Below are positions 13,711-28,735 of a stretch of 64,000 nucleotides of DNA, piece after piece (positions within the stretch are counted from its first letter, which is position 1; every line of letters starts with the position of its first letter). Location of the stretch: NCBI RefSeq assembly GCF_006345805.1, contig NW_021833575.1:17615-81614 (forward strand), given 5' to 3'. The notes below the pieces were generated by a model. That model was not told the DNA's origin. It worked only from the letters and a program-made list of their open reading frames with translations, and made no database searches. The translations under genes and the position numbers were made by a program. This DNA is from Octopus sinensis. Lineage: Eukaryota.

Positions 13711-14118
13711 TGTAGTGACGCTACTGTGTAAGTTTCAGCGCACATGCGCAGAATTGGATTTTCCTCCTGCACATGTGCAGGAACTGAAACCTAAAAAGCT
13801 GACCGCTAAATCGCCCTTTCTAGCGGTCGGATGTGGCTTGACTTTCACTCAGAGAACCTCACCCCAACGAAGCGGGAGCGAACCGACGAATCGTCTTGAC
13901 TCGCAACAAGAAAGCACCGCAACCAGTCCTGCGGATTCGGCTGCCGGCTTCCCACCAGAGATACACGTGCACTAGTTCTTACCTGTAACCGCAGAATAAA
14001 CCACCACTTACTGTGATCGTAGACCGCCTGACTTTGTCTCTGTTTACTCTACTTAAATTGTATGTGACAGGATCAGATCGGACACCCCTCCAGTGTTCCT
14101 GAACATCATCCTGTTACA
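13711..14118 (+). mobile_element. Solo LTR (408 bp) with 4-bp target-site duplication, inserted in a SINE B core
   Basis: TGTA...TACA termini, AATAAA at ~13995, GATA at both 13707-13710 and 14119-14122; the flanks rejoin to atcgacctcgaaggata|taaggccaagtcaac. Confidence 0.8.
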
Positions 14119-14982
14119 GATATAAGGCCAAGTCAACTTGGCGGAATCAGAACGTAAAGACGGACAAAATGCTACTAAGCATTTGTTCCGACGTGTTAAC
14201 AACTCCGCCAACTCGCCGCCTTTTAATGATAATAATAATAATAATAATATAATAATAATAATTCTTTTTACTATAGACGCAAGGCCTGGAATTTTGGGAA
14301 AGGGAGCTGGCTACTCGATTACTCCGATTCTAGTATTCAACTGCTACCTATTCTATTGACCCCAAAAGGATGAAAGTCGACATATGCGGAATTTGAACTC
14401 AGAACGTCTGGACAGACGAAATGCCGCTAAGCATTTTGCCCGGCGAGCTAACGATTCTGTCAGCTCACTGCCTTAACAAAAATATTGCTTTCAGATTTTG
14501 TCACAAGGCCAGCAATTTCAGGGGAAGCGGGTAAGTCGATTACATCGACCCCAGTACTCAACTGGTATTTATTTTTATCGACCCACCCCTGAAAGGATGA
14601 AAGACAAAGTTGACCTCGGCAGAATTTGAACCTAGAACCAAAAGACGGTATGTTATCGTCATTGTGTTAATGCAGAAGATCTGGCTGCTATTTCTAGTAG
14701 GTCGAAACACTCCAGCAGGTTCGCCGAATCAATGTTTCAGCGCATGTTTGTGTGTGTGCGTGTATGGGAGGGTGTATTTGTGCATTTGTGTGTCTATGTG
14801 AATACGTGTGCATCTGCGTGTGTGTATTTTGGGAAGCGAGAGGTAAAGTGTGTGTGTGTGTATGGGAGAGGACGTGTGTGTGTATGTGTGTGTATGAGAG
14901 AGAGAGAGAGAAACAGATATTACTCGTGCATATTTGGGTGCGTGTGTGTATCAGAGTTTCTATACGTGTGAGGGAGAGATAG

Positions 14983-15180
14983 TTTGTGTGCGTGTGTGTG
15001 TTTGTGTGTGTGTGTGTATGTGTGTGTGTGTGTTTGTGTGTATATGTGTGCGTGTGAGTGTGTGCGTGTGTGTGTTTGTGTGCGTGTGTGTGTTTGTGTG
15101 TGTGTGTGTTTGTGTGCGTGTGTGTGTTTGTGTGTGTGTGTGTTTGTGTGCGTGTGTGTGTTTGTGTGCGTGTGTTTGTT

Positions 15181-15215
<35 letters not shown>
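14983..15215. repeat. (TG)n microsatellite
   Basis: Direct reading. Confidence 0.9.
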
Positions 15216-15219
<4 letters not shown>

Positions 15220-15716
15220 TAGTGCATGCGCGTGCGTGGTGTGTGCGAGTGTTTTCGATTGTGTCTGTGTGAGAAAGAGTTAAAGAATGTGTGCGGGTAT
15301 GTGTGCGGGGTGGTATGTGCGGGTATGTGTGTGTTTACGTACGCTTATGCATGTGTTTACGTATTTTTGTATATGTTTGAAGGAGCGGACAAGACTGAGA
15401 GAGAGAGAGAGAGAGAGAGAGACAAGCACAGAGAGAGAGGCAGAGAGAAAGAGAGTGCGAAGTGTGTGTGTGTGTGTGTATATGTGTGCGTGTATGTCGG
15501 TGTATGGTCATGGATCCTTTTCAGAGTGAATATGTGATGTGTGGCTGGCATATACATACATACATACATATATATATATACATATATACTTATGTATATA
15601 TATACATATACGCATATATATATATATTATATATATATATATATTATATATATAATATACATACACATATATACAGATACATATACATATATGTATACAT
15701 AAATACATACATACAG

Positions 15717-15760
<44 letters not shown>

Positions 15761-15840
15761 TATATATATTTGTATCTATATATGTTATATATATATATGT
15801 GTATGTGTGTGTACATACATATATACATATATATACATAC

Positions 15841-15916
<76 letters not shown>

Positions 15917-16552
15917 TAAATGGAGGGAGCTTCTGACATCTTCGATCACCCCACCTGTGCTAGAACAACAGCCAGGTTTTAAAATATACTCTAAATAAAA
16001 CAAAGTAATATAATACAGGGTTGTTAAGTCAACACCCAGCCATGGCACAACGAACTGTGAAATGTCGGTATAATTATTTATTAAATTACTCGAGCAATTA
16101 GCGCTAAATGTGTGTGTGTGTGTGTGTGTGTTTTATGTTTTATTTGTTTCAGTCATTTCACTGCGACCATGCTGGAGCACGTGTTGAAGACTTTTATTCA
16201 TATTTTCTTTCATAAAACCTAATACTCATTCTATCAATTTATTTTGCCGAATAACCAAGTTATGCAATGTCATGCGATAGTGTGTGACAAATACACCCAC
16301 ACACAAAGACATATACCCCGCCACACACACACATACATATGTATACATATATATATGGGTTACACGTTACGTATGAACGGATGTGTTTGTCGGTGTGTGT
16401 GTGTGTACATATACATATATGGAGTAGACGTGTACCAATGCGTTTAGTCGGCTGGGCCTAAGAGGACCCGGAGGACTCTTCAAAGTCGTAGGACCATGTT
16501 AACTCGCCTACGCCGACTCCTGTTTTGACCAGACTATACGGACTAATATAAA

Positions 16553-16757
16553 AGGCGGCAAGCTGGCAGAAACGTTAGCGTGCCGGGCGAAATGCGTAGC
16601 CGTATTTCGTCTGCCGTTACGTTCTGGGTTCAAGTTCCGCCGAGGTTGACTTTGTCTTTCATCCTTTCGGGGTCGATAAATTAAGTACCAGTAACGCACT
16701 GGGGGCGATGTAATCGACTTAATCCGTTTGTCTGTCCTTGTTTGTCCCCTCTATGTT
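16553..16757 (+). mobile_element. SINE family B
   Basis: ggcggcaagctggcagaaacgttagc...ggttcaagttcc...ctttcatcctttcggggtcgataaattaagtaccag. Confidence 0.9.
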
Positions 16758-16868
16758 TATATATATATATATATATACAGAATATGAGGGTTTAGTGGGT
16801 TTAGTTCATTGGTGATCTAAACGGATAGGTACGCTGGGTAAGTGTTGGAACGGATTATCAGGATTCCA

Positions 16869-16911
<43 letters not shown>

Positions 16912-16912
16912 T

Positions 16913-16959
<47 letters not shown>

Positions 16960-16960
16960 T

Positions 16961-17026
<66 letters not shown>

Positions 17027-17271
17027 CCCAGGATCAAGCATAGGTTTGCTCAACAAAGTCTGGGGGCGGATTCTAGACAATAACAACAAGCAACCACGAC
17101 AACAACAACAAACACAAGCGTAACAGCGAGGGCACTGGTCTTGTTGGAAATAGCAGTCAAATCTCTCACAGATCACATCAACCGTCAGGCAAAAATAAAC
17201 ATATAAAACTACACATATGCACTGTCTTAAGTTCCCTGTCCTTAGTTGTATCAGTAGCAGCGGCGGTGGTG

Positions 17272-17314
<43 letters not shown>

Positions 17315-17459
17315 CGGCAGCAGCCATAGTGATTTGTGATTTCGGCACAAACAAAACAATTTGGCGGTTAGTCAAAACAAAGTGTTGATTAGTCGGTAAT
17401 ATTGACACCAGAGCTTAAATAGGTACACAGTAATAATAGTAGTAGTAATAGTAATAATA

Positions 17460-18368
17460 ATAACCCTTTGTACTATAGGCACAAGGGCTGACATTTTGTG
17501 GGGAGGGGACTAGTCGATTACATCGACCCTTGCTTCACTGGTACTTAATTTATCGACCCCGAAACGGTGAAAGACAAGGTCAACCTCCATGGCATTTGAT
17601 GTCGCTAAGCATTTTACCCGGCGTGCCAGCGATTCTGCCATAAACACAGAGGGAAGGAATTAAGTGCGTTACATCGACCCCAGTGCGTAACTGGTACTTA
17701 TTTAATCGACCCCGAGAGGATGAAAGGCAAAGTCGACCTCGGCGGAATTTGAACTCAGAACGTAAAGACAGACGAAATGCCTATTTTTTTACTGCCCACA
17801 AGGGGCTAAACATAAAGGGGACAAACAAGGACAGACAAACGGATTAAGTCGATTATATCGACCCCAGTGCGTAACTGGTACTTATTTAATCGACCCCGAA
17901 ACGATGAAAGGCAAAGTCGACCTCGGCGGAATTTGAACTCAGAACGTAGCGGCAGACGAAATACGGCTACGCATTTCGCCCGGCGTGCTAACGTTTCTAC
18001 TAAAGGCACAAGGCCTAAAATTTTGGGGGGAAGTGAGTAAGTCGGTTACATCGACCTCAGTACTCAACTGGTACTTAATTAATATCGACCCCGAAAGGAT
18101 GAAAGGGAAAGTTGACCTCGGCGGAATTTGAACTCAGAACGTAAGGACGGACGAAATGCTGCTAAGCATTTCACCCGGCTTGCTAACGCTTCTGCCAGCT
18201 CCCTTTCTGTTATAAGCACAAGGTTTGAAATCTGGGGGGAACGACGCTAGTGGATTACATCGACCCCAGTGCTCCACTGGTACTTATTTCATAAACCCCT
18301 AAAGATGAAAGGCGAAGTCGAGGTCGGAGAAATTTGAACTCGGGACGTGAAGACAGATCAAATGCCGC

Positions 18369-18403
<35 letters not shown>

Positions 18404-18656
18404 TAATAATAATAATAATAATTTATGGTTTCAAATTTTGCTACAAGGGCAGCAATTCTGGGGGAGGAGATGAGTTGAATTCATCAACCCCAGTCTTCTT
18501 TACTTATTTTATCGATCCCGACCGGATGAAAGGCAAAGTCAACCTTGACAGCATTTGAACCCAGAACACACAGATGGGTGAAATGTCGCTAAACATTTCG
18601 CCCGGTGTGCTCACGATTCTGCCAGCTTGTGGCCCTACTACTATTACTGCTGCTGT

Positions 18657-18705
<49 letters not shown>

Positions 18706-18963
18706 GTTACTGCTGCTGCTGCTGCTACTACTACTACTAATAATAATAATTTCAAATTTTGCAACAAGGTCAGCAGTTTTGATGGGAGGGGATATGTCGA
18801 TTACATCAACCCCAGTGTTTCACTGGTACGTAATTTATCGACCCCGAGGGGGATGAAAAGCAAAGTCGACCTCGGCAGAATTTGAACTCAGACCGTCGAG
18901 ACGGACCGAAAATGCCGCTAAGCTTTTTGTCCAGCGCGCTAACAACTCTGCCAGCTCGCCGCC

Positions 18964-19008
<45 letters not shown>

Positions 19009-19440
19009 TAATAATAACAATAATAATAATAGTAGTAGTAGTAGTAGTAGTAGTAATAATAATAATAATAATAATGTGATGCATGTGCCTGGTGTACCCT
19101 TATCAGACGGGTAGTCATGATGGGTATATTGGGCTTCGTATATTTTACCCCAGTGTCACTTTGATGGCATGAACTGCTCTCTCACTCAATAATAATAATA
19201 ATAACAACAACAGTAGTAGTAGTAGTAGTAGTAGTAGTAGTCCTTTCTACTATAGGCACAAGGCCTGAAATTTGAAGGGGGACTTATTTCATCGACCCCG
19301 AAAGGTAATAATTCTTTTAAAGTTTGGCACAAGACTGATACTTTTAAGCAAAGGAGAAGTCGGTCACATTGGTCCCAGGACTTGTTTCGTACTTAATTTT
19401 ATCGACCTCCGCAGGAAAAACAGTGAAATTGGAACTCAGA
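17460..19440 (-). mobile_element. Cluster of about 8-9 co-oriented SINE B copies separated by (TAA)n/(TAC)n/(TAG)n
   Basis: Repeated atcgaccccgaaaggatgaaaggcaaagtcgacctcggcggaatttgaactc cores. Confidence 0.85.
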
Positions 19441-19854
19441 ATATAAACATCCGGAAATACTTATTTTACAAAGAAGAGTGACCATGGTGCTGGTGCGAGT
19501 TTTTGTCATATATAGGTTTCTACTTGTCCATGGCCTAGCTGCAGCAAAGCAACAACCCTCAGACATATGTATGTGTGTATGTGTATGTGTGTATATATGT
19601 GTCTATACATATACGCACACACACAAACACACATATATGTTACATACATGCATGCATGAGCATTTACACAGACATGCATGCATAAATATATACACACGTA
19701 TATAAACATCCATACATGCATACATACATACATACATAAATACATACATACATGTTGACACATACATATATAAATACATACATTGACACACGTAAACACA
19801 TACATACATACATACATACATACATGCATGCATACATACACACACACACATACA

Positions 19855-19888
<34 letters not shown>

Positions 19889-20353
19889 CAAAGATACATG
19901 TTGGCACATACATACATAAGTACATACATTGACACACATAAACACATACATACATACATACAAACATATATGCATGCATTCATACATACATACATACATA
20001 CATACATACATACACACATACATTCATACATACATACATACATACATACATACATACATACATACATACATACATAAGTACACATGTATGTACACACATA
20101 CACACCCGTGTCTATACCCATCCACGTGCGCACACCCAGCAAACATCAGCACACACCCTAACACCGACAACACCAGTAGCAGTTCGATTTCTACGTGAAG
20201 TATCACACCCAGGTGGAGTACAGAACTGAAAAATGAAATACGGAAGAAAACAGACAACAAAACAAGAAAAAACATCATCAACAACAACAAAGGGACGCGC
20301 AACGAGACCCGGAACTCCAACCCTGCTCACTGACCCTTGTTTATAAATTCTAG

Positions 20354-20402
20354 GAGTAGTACTTACCTCTGATAATTGCCGCACCCGCTACTATTCCTGC
20401 AG
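20354..20402. other. Candidate micro-exon of an unidentified host gene (strand ambiguous)
   Basis: Minus: ctgcAG|30 nt (20396-20367)|GTAAGT. Plus: ctgac..ttctAG|49 nt|GTAAAA. Lies in a non-repetitive island. Confidence 0.3.
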
Positions 20403-21349
20403 GTAAAAACCGTTTGATGGCCTTCTGCTTTTCGTCCCAAGAATATATCAATAATTTCCTGGATTAGTAACACGTACAAGCAAAATACTAAAATTTCCGC
20501 TACGGGAATCATACATAAGTAAGGTTCTTGGATTCTAGAAATTTAAGGGCGAGCGAAACCGAAAATGGACCATTTGGTTATCGTTTCTTTTTTGTTTGTT
20601 TTCTATTTAATTTTTCCTCTTTTATTCCCTTGTTTTAAGAATCCTTGTTTAGGTATTTTCCTTCCTTGTTTTTCTTGTATAAGAATTCGTCTTCTTATTT
20701 CTTTGAGGGGTTATACTCTTCAAATTCTAATTCTTCTTCTTCCAATGTATGTAAACATATATTCTTTTCTTTTCTTGTTAATTTTTCCCTCGTATTTTGT
20801 ATAAATCTCGTATAATCCACACTTGTGCAATTCCTTTGCTGGGTATCTTCAAATTAATTTTTCTTAATTCATTCGTTTACATTAAAAAAATACACAAGAA
20901 TTTCTATCATTTTTCTCCCTTATCTACTTCTTTATATCTCCCTAAACATCTATATATATCTCTATATATATATATATATCTAAATACATCTATGTATACA
21001 CACATCTACAGCTATCTATTACTACAGAAATCTAGGAACGACTCTAAGAATGTGTTCTGCTTATCTATGTATCTATCTGTATATTTATGTATCTGTCAAC
21101 ATATGTATTTATTTATATGTGTATGTGTACATATATGAATAAATATTTCTCTATACAGCTATATATATTTATCTAACTATCTATGCTTCCATCTAAAGGT
21201 GTAGACTAGTTGGTTATAAATGCATGAAACATGTAACTATCTATCTATCGTTCTGTACTTTCTGTCTATTCGTCCGTCTGTCTATTCGTCCGTTCGTCCG
21301 ACTAAACTATCTGTCCGTCTATCTACTTTATAGTATCTTTTCCCCGATT

Positions 21350-22206
21350 CTCTAGCTCTTCTCTCTCTCACTCTACCTCTCACTATGTCTATATCTATCT
21401 CCACCTCTCTCTCTCTATCTATCTCTCTGTCTCTCCGTCTCTCGCGCGCCTATACTCCTTACACATCCTTCTTATCTTTCTCCTTTCTTCTCTCACTCTT
21501 TCTGTCTCTCGCTCTTTCTCTCTCTCACACACACAAGCACACACATCCTTCCTATCTTCTTGCCTTCTTCTCTCACTCTCTCACTCTATCTCACACACAC
21601 GCGCACCCTTTCTAAATTTTCCTCTTTTCTCGTCTCTCTCTTTCTTTCACAAACTCACACACACACACTACCCATCCTTTACACCTTCCCCTTTATTCTC
21701 TCTTTCTTCTTTTCTCTCTCTCTCTCTTTCACAAACACAAACACGCACTCACATACATACCAGTCCTTTATATCTCACCCCTTCTCTCTCTCTCTCTCTA
21801 CTCCCTCTGCCTTCCTCCTTCCTCTACTCATTCTCAACTATCTTCTCCCTCTTCCTCTCTCATTCACTTTCACTCTCTCTCTTTCTCTCTTCCTCTCTCA
21901 TTCACTTTCACTCTCTCTCTCTTTCTCTCTCATTCACTTTCACTCTCTCTCTTTCTCTCTCATTCACTTTCACTCTCTCTCTTCCTCTCTCATTCACTTT
22001 CACTCTCTCCCTCTTCCTCTCTCATTCACTTTCACTCTCTCTCTTTCTCTCTTCCTCTCTCATTCACTTTCACTCTCTCTCTCTCTTTCTCTCTCAATCT
22101 ATCTCTCTGTCTATCTTTATTTCACACCGACTCTTTCTATCACTCTATCTCACTCTCTACCTATCTGACTCTCTTCCACCACCTCTCTCCTTCCCTTCCT
22201 CTGTCA

Positions 22207-22240
<34 letters not shown>

Positions 22241-23190
22241 TCCCCCTTTCTCCGTCGTTCTCTCTCACCTTCTCTTTCAGTACAGTTGTCCTAACTTTTC
22301 AAACACTTCCACCTTATCCAACTTACCACATCTAATCCTCATACCACCACTCTCTCACCTTCCTCCCTCTATCTCACTCCTCTTTTCTCGCCTGTTACCC
22401 CCCCCCCACCCGCTCTCTCTTTTACTCACTCCCTAACTCTCTCGCCTTGAATCCCTGCCTTTTACTCTTCACCCCCTCTCTCTCTCTATCTCATTCTTTC
22501 TCCATTCCCTCTGACACACCTTCTCATTCGCTGATTGACTCTTTCTCTCTCTCTCTCTCTCTCTCTGTCTCATTCTCTGACTGTCTCCCTCTCTACTCCT
22601 TCACTCTCTCATATTCTCCCCCCCTCTCTTATTCACAATCTGCCCCACTTAAACTCTGTCTTTCTATCGCCACTTCTCTTATTCTCTGTCTCTTACTTTC
22701 TCTGTCTCTTTCTCTTATTATCTCACGTTCTCTTCTTCAATTTCTCTCTCCCCCCCCGCCTCTCTCTCTCCCTCTATCTCTCCCTCTATCTCTCCCCTCT
22801 CTATATATATATATCTCTATCTCTCTCCCTCTCCCTCTCCCTCTCTCTCCCCTCTCTCTCTCCCTCTCTCTCCCTCTCTCTCTCTCTATATATATCTCTC
22901 TATCTCTCTCCCTCTCTCTCTCTATATATAATCTATCTACTCTCTCTCTCTCTCTCTCTCCCTCTCTCTCTCCCTCTCTCTCTCCCCTCTCTCTCCCTCT
23001 ATCTCTCTCTCTCCCTCTATCTCTCTCTCTCCCTCTATCTCTATCTCTCCCTCTATCGTTCTCTCTCCCTCTATCTCTCTCCCTCCCTCTCTCTCTCCTC
23101 TCTCCCTCCCTCTCTCCCCTCTCTCCCTTCTCTCCCTCTATCTCCCTCTCTCTCTCTCTCTCTCTGCCTGTTTATCTGTCTGTCTCTCTC
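21350..23190. repeat. ~1.8-kb (CT)-rich polypyrimidine low-complexity tract with a ~30-bp minisatellite at ~21850-22090
   Basis: Direct reading; repeated ctctcattcactttcact. Confidence 0.9.
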
Positions 23191-23288
23191 TGACATGTAA
23201 ACGAGCCAGCTGTCCCACATCTAACCGTAACTGTCCTTTTTATATCAATGTGTACGCGAAACACATGCACTCGTAAATATACCACCAG

Positions 23289-23289
23289 A

Positions 23290-23355
<66 letters not shown>

Positions 23356-23442
23356 ATACACACGCACATACACACACACACACACATACACACACACATA
23401 CACACACACACACACAACACACACACCACACACACCAACACC

Positions 23443-23479
<37 letters not shown>

Positions 23480-23672
23480 ACACACACGCACATACACACA
23501 ACACACACACACATACATACACACACATACACACACACACCACATACACATACACACGCACATACACACACACACACACACATACACACACACATACACG
23601 CACACACATACACACGCACATACACACACACACACACATACACACACATACACACGCACATACACACACACA
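23289..23672. repeat. (CA)n microsatellite
   Basis: Direct reading. Confidence 0.9.
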
Positions 23673-24349
23673 GTGACATAAAAAGAACACAGCCATAAAC
23701 GGACACGTAAATATAAACATCAATGTCTCTCCGGCTATACACATACACACACAACGCACACACACAAACACACACACGAATACATACACGAATACACACA
23801 TATGCACGAGCATACACAGGTGTACACGCACATACTCAAACAGACACACGCACATACATACTTGTGCACACACAGACACACAGCAGAAAAAAAAGAGCGG
23901 ACACAGGCGAACTCACCACAGAAATACACACACGAAAACAGGACAGGAGGTTTCCCACTTCGACAGGAAATATTTTCCTCAACAGCAGTCACACACACAA
24001 CACACACACACACACACACACACACGTATATTCATACATACACACACACACACGTATATTCATACATACACACACACACACACACGTATATTCATACATA
24101 CACACACACACACACACGTATATTCATACATACACACACTACACACACACACACACGTATATTCATACACACACACACGAACACACACACACAAGCACAC
24201 ACACACACAAACACATATATATTCATACATACATTATATACATACACACATACATACATACATACATACATACATACATACATACATACATACAAACATA
24301 CATACATACATACATACATACATACATACATACATACATACATAAATAC

Positions 24350-24500
24350 ATGATGGCTGTCCCCTCTTTATCGAGTATGGCCATTGCACGAAGCTTAACT
24401 GTTATTGGTGCCGTGATCGAATGTGACTTTTTAGCCCAGCCAAAGATCTACAATGTTTTGTACAGAATTGGCAACTAAAACTTTTACCGATAATAGCCGG
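24350..24500 (-). mobile_element. RTE-type LINE 3' end (C2H2 finger and tail)
   Basis: FSCQFCTKHCRSLAGLKSHIRSRHQ* followed by gccatactcgataaagaggggacagccatcat; embedded in (TACA)n. Confidence 0.75.
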
Positions 24501-24502
24501 CT

Positions 24503-25975
24503 GTATGTATGTATGTACATACATACCTACATACATACATACATGCATGCATACATACATACATACATGCATACATACATACCTACATACATCATACGTA
24601 CATATACATACATACATACATACATACATACATACGTACATACACCACACACACACACACACACACACATACATACATACATACATACATACATACATAC
24701 ATACATACATACATACTACGTACATACATACCTACATACATACATACTACATCATACTACATACATACATAGACTTACATACAACATCGTACATACATAC
24801 ATACATACATACGTACATACATACATACGTACATACATACATACATACATACATACATACATACATACATACATACATACATACATACATAATACATACA
24901 TACATACATACATACATACATACATACGTACATACATACATACATACGTACATACATACATACATACATACATACATACATACATACATACATACGTACA
25001 TACATACATACATACATACGTACATACATACATACTAATACATACATACATACATACATACATACGTACATACATACATACGTACATACGTACATACATA
25101 CATACGTACATACATACATACATACATACATACATACATACATACATACATACGTACATACATACATACATACATACATACATACATACATACATACGTA
25201 CATACATACATACGTACATACGTACATACATACATACGTACATACATACATACATACGTACATACATACATACATACATACATACATACATACATACATA
25301 CATACGTACATACATACATACATACGTACATACATACATACATACATACATACATACATACATACATACATACATACATACATACATACATACGTACGTA
25401 CATACATACATACGTACATACATACATACATACGTACATACATAAATACATACATACATACATACATACATACGTACATACATACATACATACATACATA
25501 CATACGTACATACATACATACATACGTACATACATACATACATACATACATACATACATACGTACGTACGTACATACATACATACATACATACATACATA
25601 CATACATACATACATACATACGTACATACATACATACATACATACATACACACATACATACATACATACATACGTACATACATACATACATACATACATA
25701 CATACATACGTACATACATACATACGTACGTACATACATACATACATACATACATACGTACATACATACATACATACGTACATACATACATACATACATA
25801 CATACATACATACGTACATACATACATACATACATACATACATACATACATACATGCATACATACCTACATACATACATACGTACATACATACATACATA
25901 CATACATACATACATACATACATACGTACATACATACATACATACGTACATACATACATACATACATACATATAT
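24503..25975. repeat. ~1.5-kb (TACA)n/(TACG) microsatellite
   Basis: Direct reading. Confidence 0.95.
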
Positions 25976-27034
25976 ACATGTATATGTGCATTCCTATATG
26001 GACTCATGTATACTTATGTGTAGATGCTTATATGCATACATACAAATACAGGACAGATCGCTAGCCACGAAACCTTTCTCTAATTTCTCTCCCTGTTTAT
26101 TTCTGTGTTCCTTTCTGTCAAAGAGCGTAGGCTCGAAACGTAAAAGACTTTCTCACTTCCCAGTGTTAAACTAATACATCTGTTTGTTGTTTGCACACCC
26201 GTCTTCGTCTTGTGTTTTTTTGTGTGTAAATTCTCACTATACATACATATATATATATATAAAATAAAAAAATAATAAATAAAACATATGCATATATACA
26301 TACATATATGTACATACCTACATCTATATGTATATATACATGCATATAAAGGTACAGGACACAAAAAAACGTAGAACACAACGAGAAACGAAACATAAAA
26401 ACAAAAACATGGAAAGGGACTTTTTCAAACAACGAAGAGTACAAGACATACAACACAAGGAACATTCCCCTTCTTCAGCTGCCCCTGCTTCGACTACTCC
26501 GTGTTTCGAAGGTAAGGGCATAAATATATATATATATATATATATACACTTACACATGCACATATATTCGTGTATATAGACAGACAGACAGATAGACAGA
26601 TAGATACATACATACATATATACATACATACATACATACATACATACATACATACATACATACATACATACATACATACATACATACATACATACATAGC
26701 CGCAGGCATATCTGTGTGATTAAGAAGTCTGCTTTGCTTTTACTATAGCTTCAGGCTGACCAAAGCCTTGTGAGTGAATTTGGTAGATGGAAACGCGTGC
26801 GTGTGTGTCAATGTGTCTGTATGTCTGTTTGCGTTCGCCCGCGGGTGCTTGTGTTTGTCGCTCCACACCGCATGACAACCGGTGCAGGTTTGTTTTCATC
26901 CTCCTAAATTAGCGATTCGGCACAATTGACTCTAGAATGAATACTCGACTAGTGATGGCGATTTGTGCTAATAAAACCCTTCAAGTCGGAGCTTCAGCAT
27001 ATCGGGAGTGCAATGCGTGAAAAAAGAAGCGTTG

Positions 27035-27596
27035 TGAAGTGGGGTTGGATCGCTTCTAATTCCGCAATTCACTTTACACTCTGTGGGGACCACAGTCAGG
27101 AGCAGTAGTCCAGAAGCATTGTGTCTTTGTTCCTGGTCCTGAAGGATCTTAGGAACCAACCTTCCACCCATCTGCATAGTGTTGTCATCTGAGCAATGTG
27201 CACATAGCAAGTTGCATCGTTGCCCTTTGTGGATTCCCAGGTCACGAACCGACTCTAATTCTGGGATTACATTGCCTGCAGGTCTCAAGAACTTCAGCTG
27301 TAGTTTGCTTGTGGGCTGATAGCGGAATGCTTGAAATTTTGCGTCATTGGACTGCATATAATTCTCATCAGCCCATTTATATATTACGTTCAGGTCAGTC
27401 TGCAGTCTAAGGATGTCAGTAGGATCCTTGCCCGCCTGCGATACTTTTGTATCACCGACGTAGCTGGTGAGTGTAACTGACTCTATGGCTGAGGGCATGT
27501 CCGAGAGAGCAACCACAAACAGTAGTAGACCCAGCACTGTTCCCTGAGGGATTCCACTCAGGATTCGTGTCACTTCAGAAAGAGCACCATTTGCTG
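27035..27596 (-). pseudogene. CR1/L2-type LINE reverse transcriptase fragment
   Basis: SGIPQGTVLGLLLF...SYVGDTK...LQTDLNVIYKWADENYM...ESVRDLGI. Confidence 0.85.
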
Positions 27597-28196
27597 TATG
27601 TATGTATGTATGTATGTATATGTATATATACATGTGTATTTATATATATATAAATGTATATATCTATGTGTATATATGTGTATATGTATGTTAGTATATA
27701 TGTGTATGTGCGTGGGGTGTGTATTATATGTATGTATAGATAGATACATAGATATAGATATGTTTATATATATGTTATATACTTTTAGTTGTTTCAGTCA
27801 TTCAATTGCGGCCATGCTGGAGCGCCGCATTAAAGAATTTTTTAGTCAGAGCCTAGTACCTATTCTATCGGTGTCTTTGTCGAACCGCCAAGTTACGGGG
27901 ATGGAAATACACCAACATCAATTGTGATGATAGTGGGACAAACGCAGACACATAAATATATATATGCGACGTATATATAAATATATATGTGCGACAGGCT
28001 TCTCTAAATTTCCGTCTACCTAATCCACTCACAAGGCTTTGGTTGGCCCGACGTTATAGTAGAAGACACTTGTTACTGCCACACAGTGGGACTGAACCTG
28101 GATCCATGTGTTTGGGAAAAGAAGGACGGAGGAGAAAACAGAAGAGTGAGAACATGTATGTAGGTGTGTGCGTGACTGCTAACAGTAGTGTCTTCG

Positions 28197-28227
<31 letters not shown>

Positions 28228-28631
28228 GTGTGTGTGTGTTTAGATGCCTATGATCATCACAGCGCGTGTTTCATTGAAGTGAAGTATTTATGGATTACCG
28301 AGAGTGAGATAAGGAATTAATTAGTAATTAATTGAACCGGTATGCTTTTATCTGTGTATGTGCGTGCGCCAATATACTTATATTCTTTCTTTTTTATTTT
28401 ACTTGTTTTAATTATTTGACTGCGGTCATGCTGGAACACCACCTTGAAGGTTTTTAAACGAAGAAACCAGAACTTATTTCTTAAGACTAGTATTTATCTT
28501 TTCGGTCTCTTTTGCCGAACTGCTAAGTTACGGAGACGTAGACACACCAACACTAGTTTTCAAGCGGTGATGGGTATACAAACACACACACTCACACACA
28601 CATATATACATACACACACACATACATACAT

Positions 28632-28668
<37 letters not shown>

Positions 28669-28704
28669 TACATACATACATACATACATACATACATACA
28701 TACA

Positions 28705-28733
<29 letters not shown>

Positions 28734-28735
<2 letters not shown>

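Noticed and set aside
20130-20402. Kinase-like peptide VRFLREVSHPGVV from splicing two plus-strand segments
   Set aside because: Needs a weak GTGGAG donor, lacks other kinase motifs, and is probably chance
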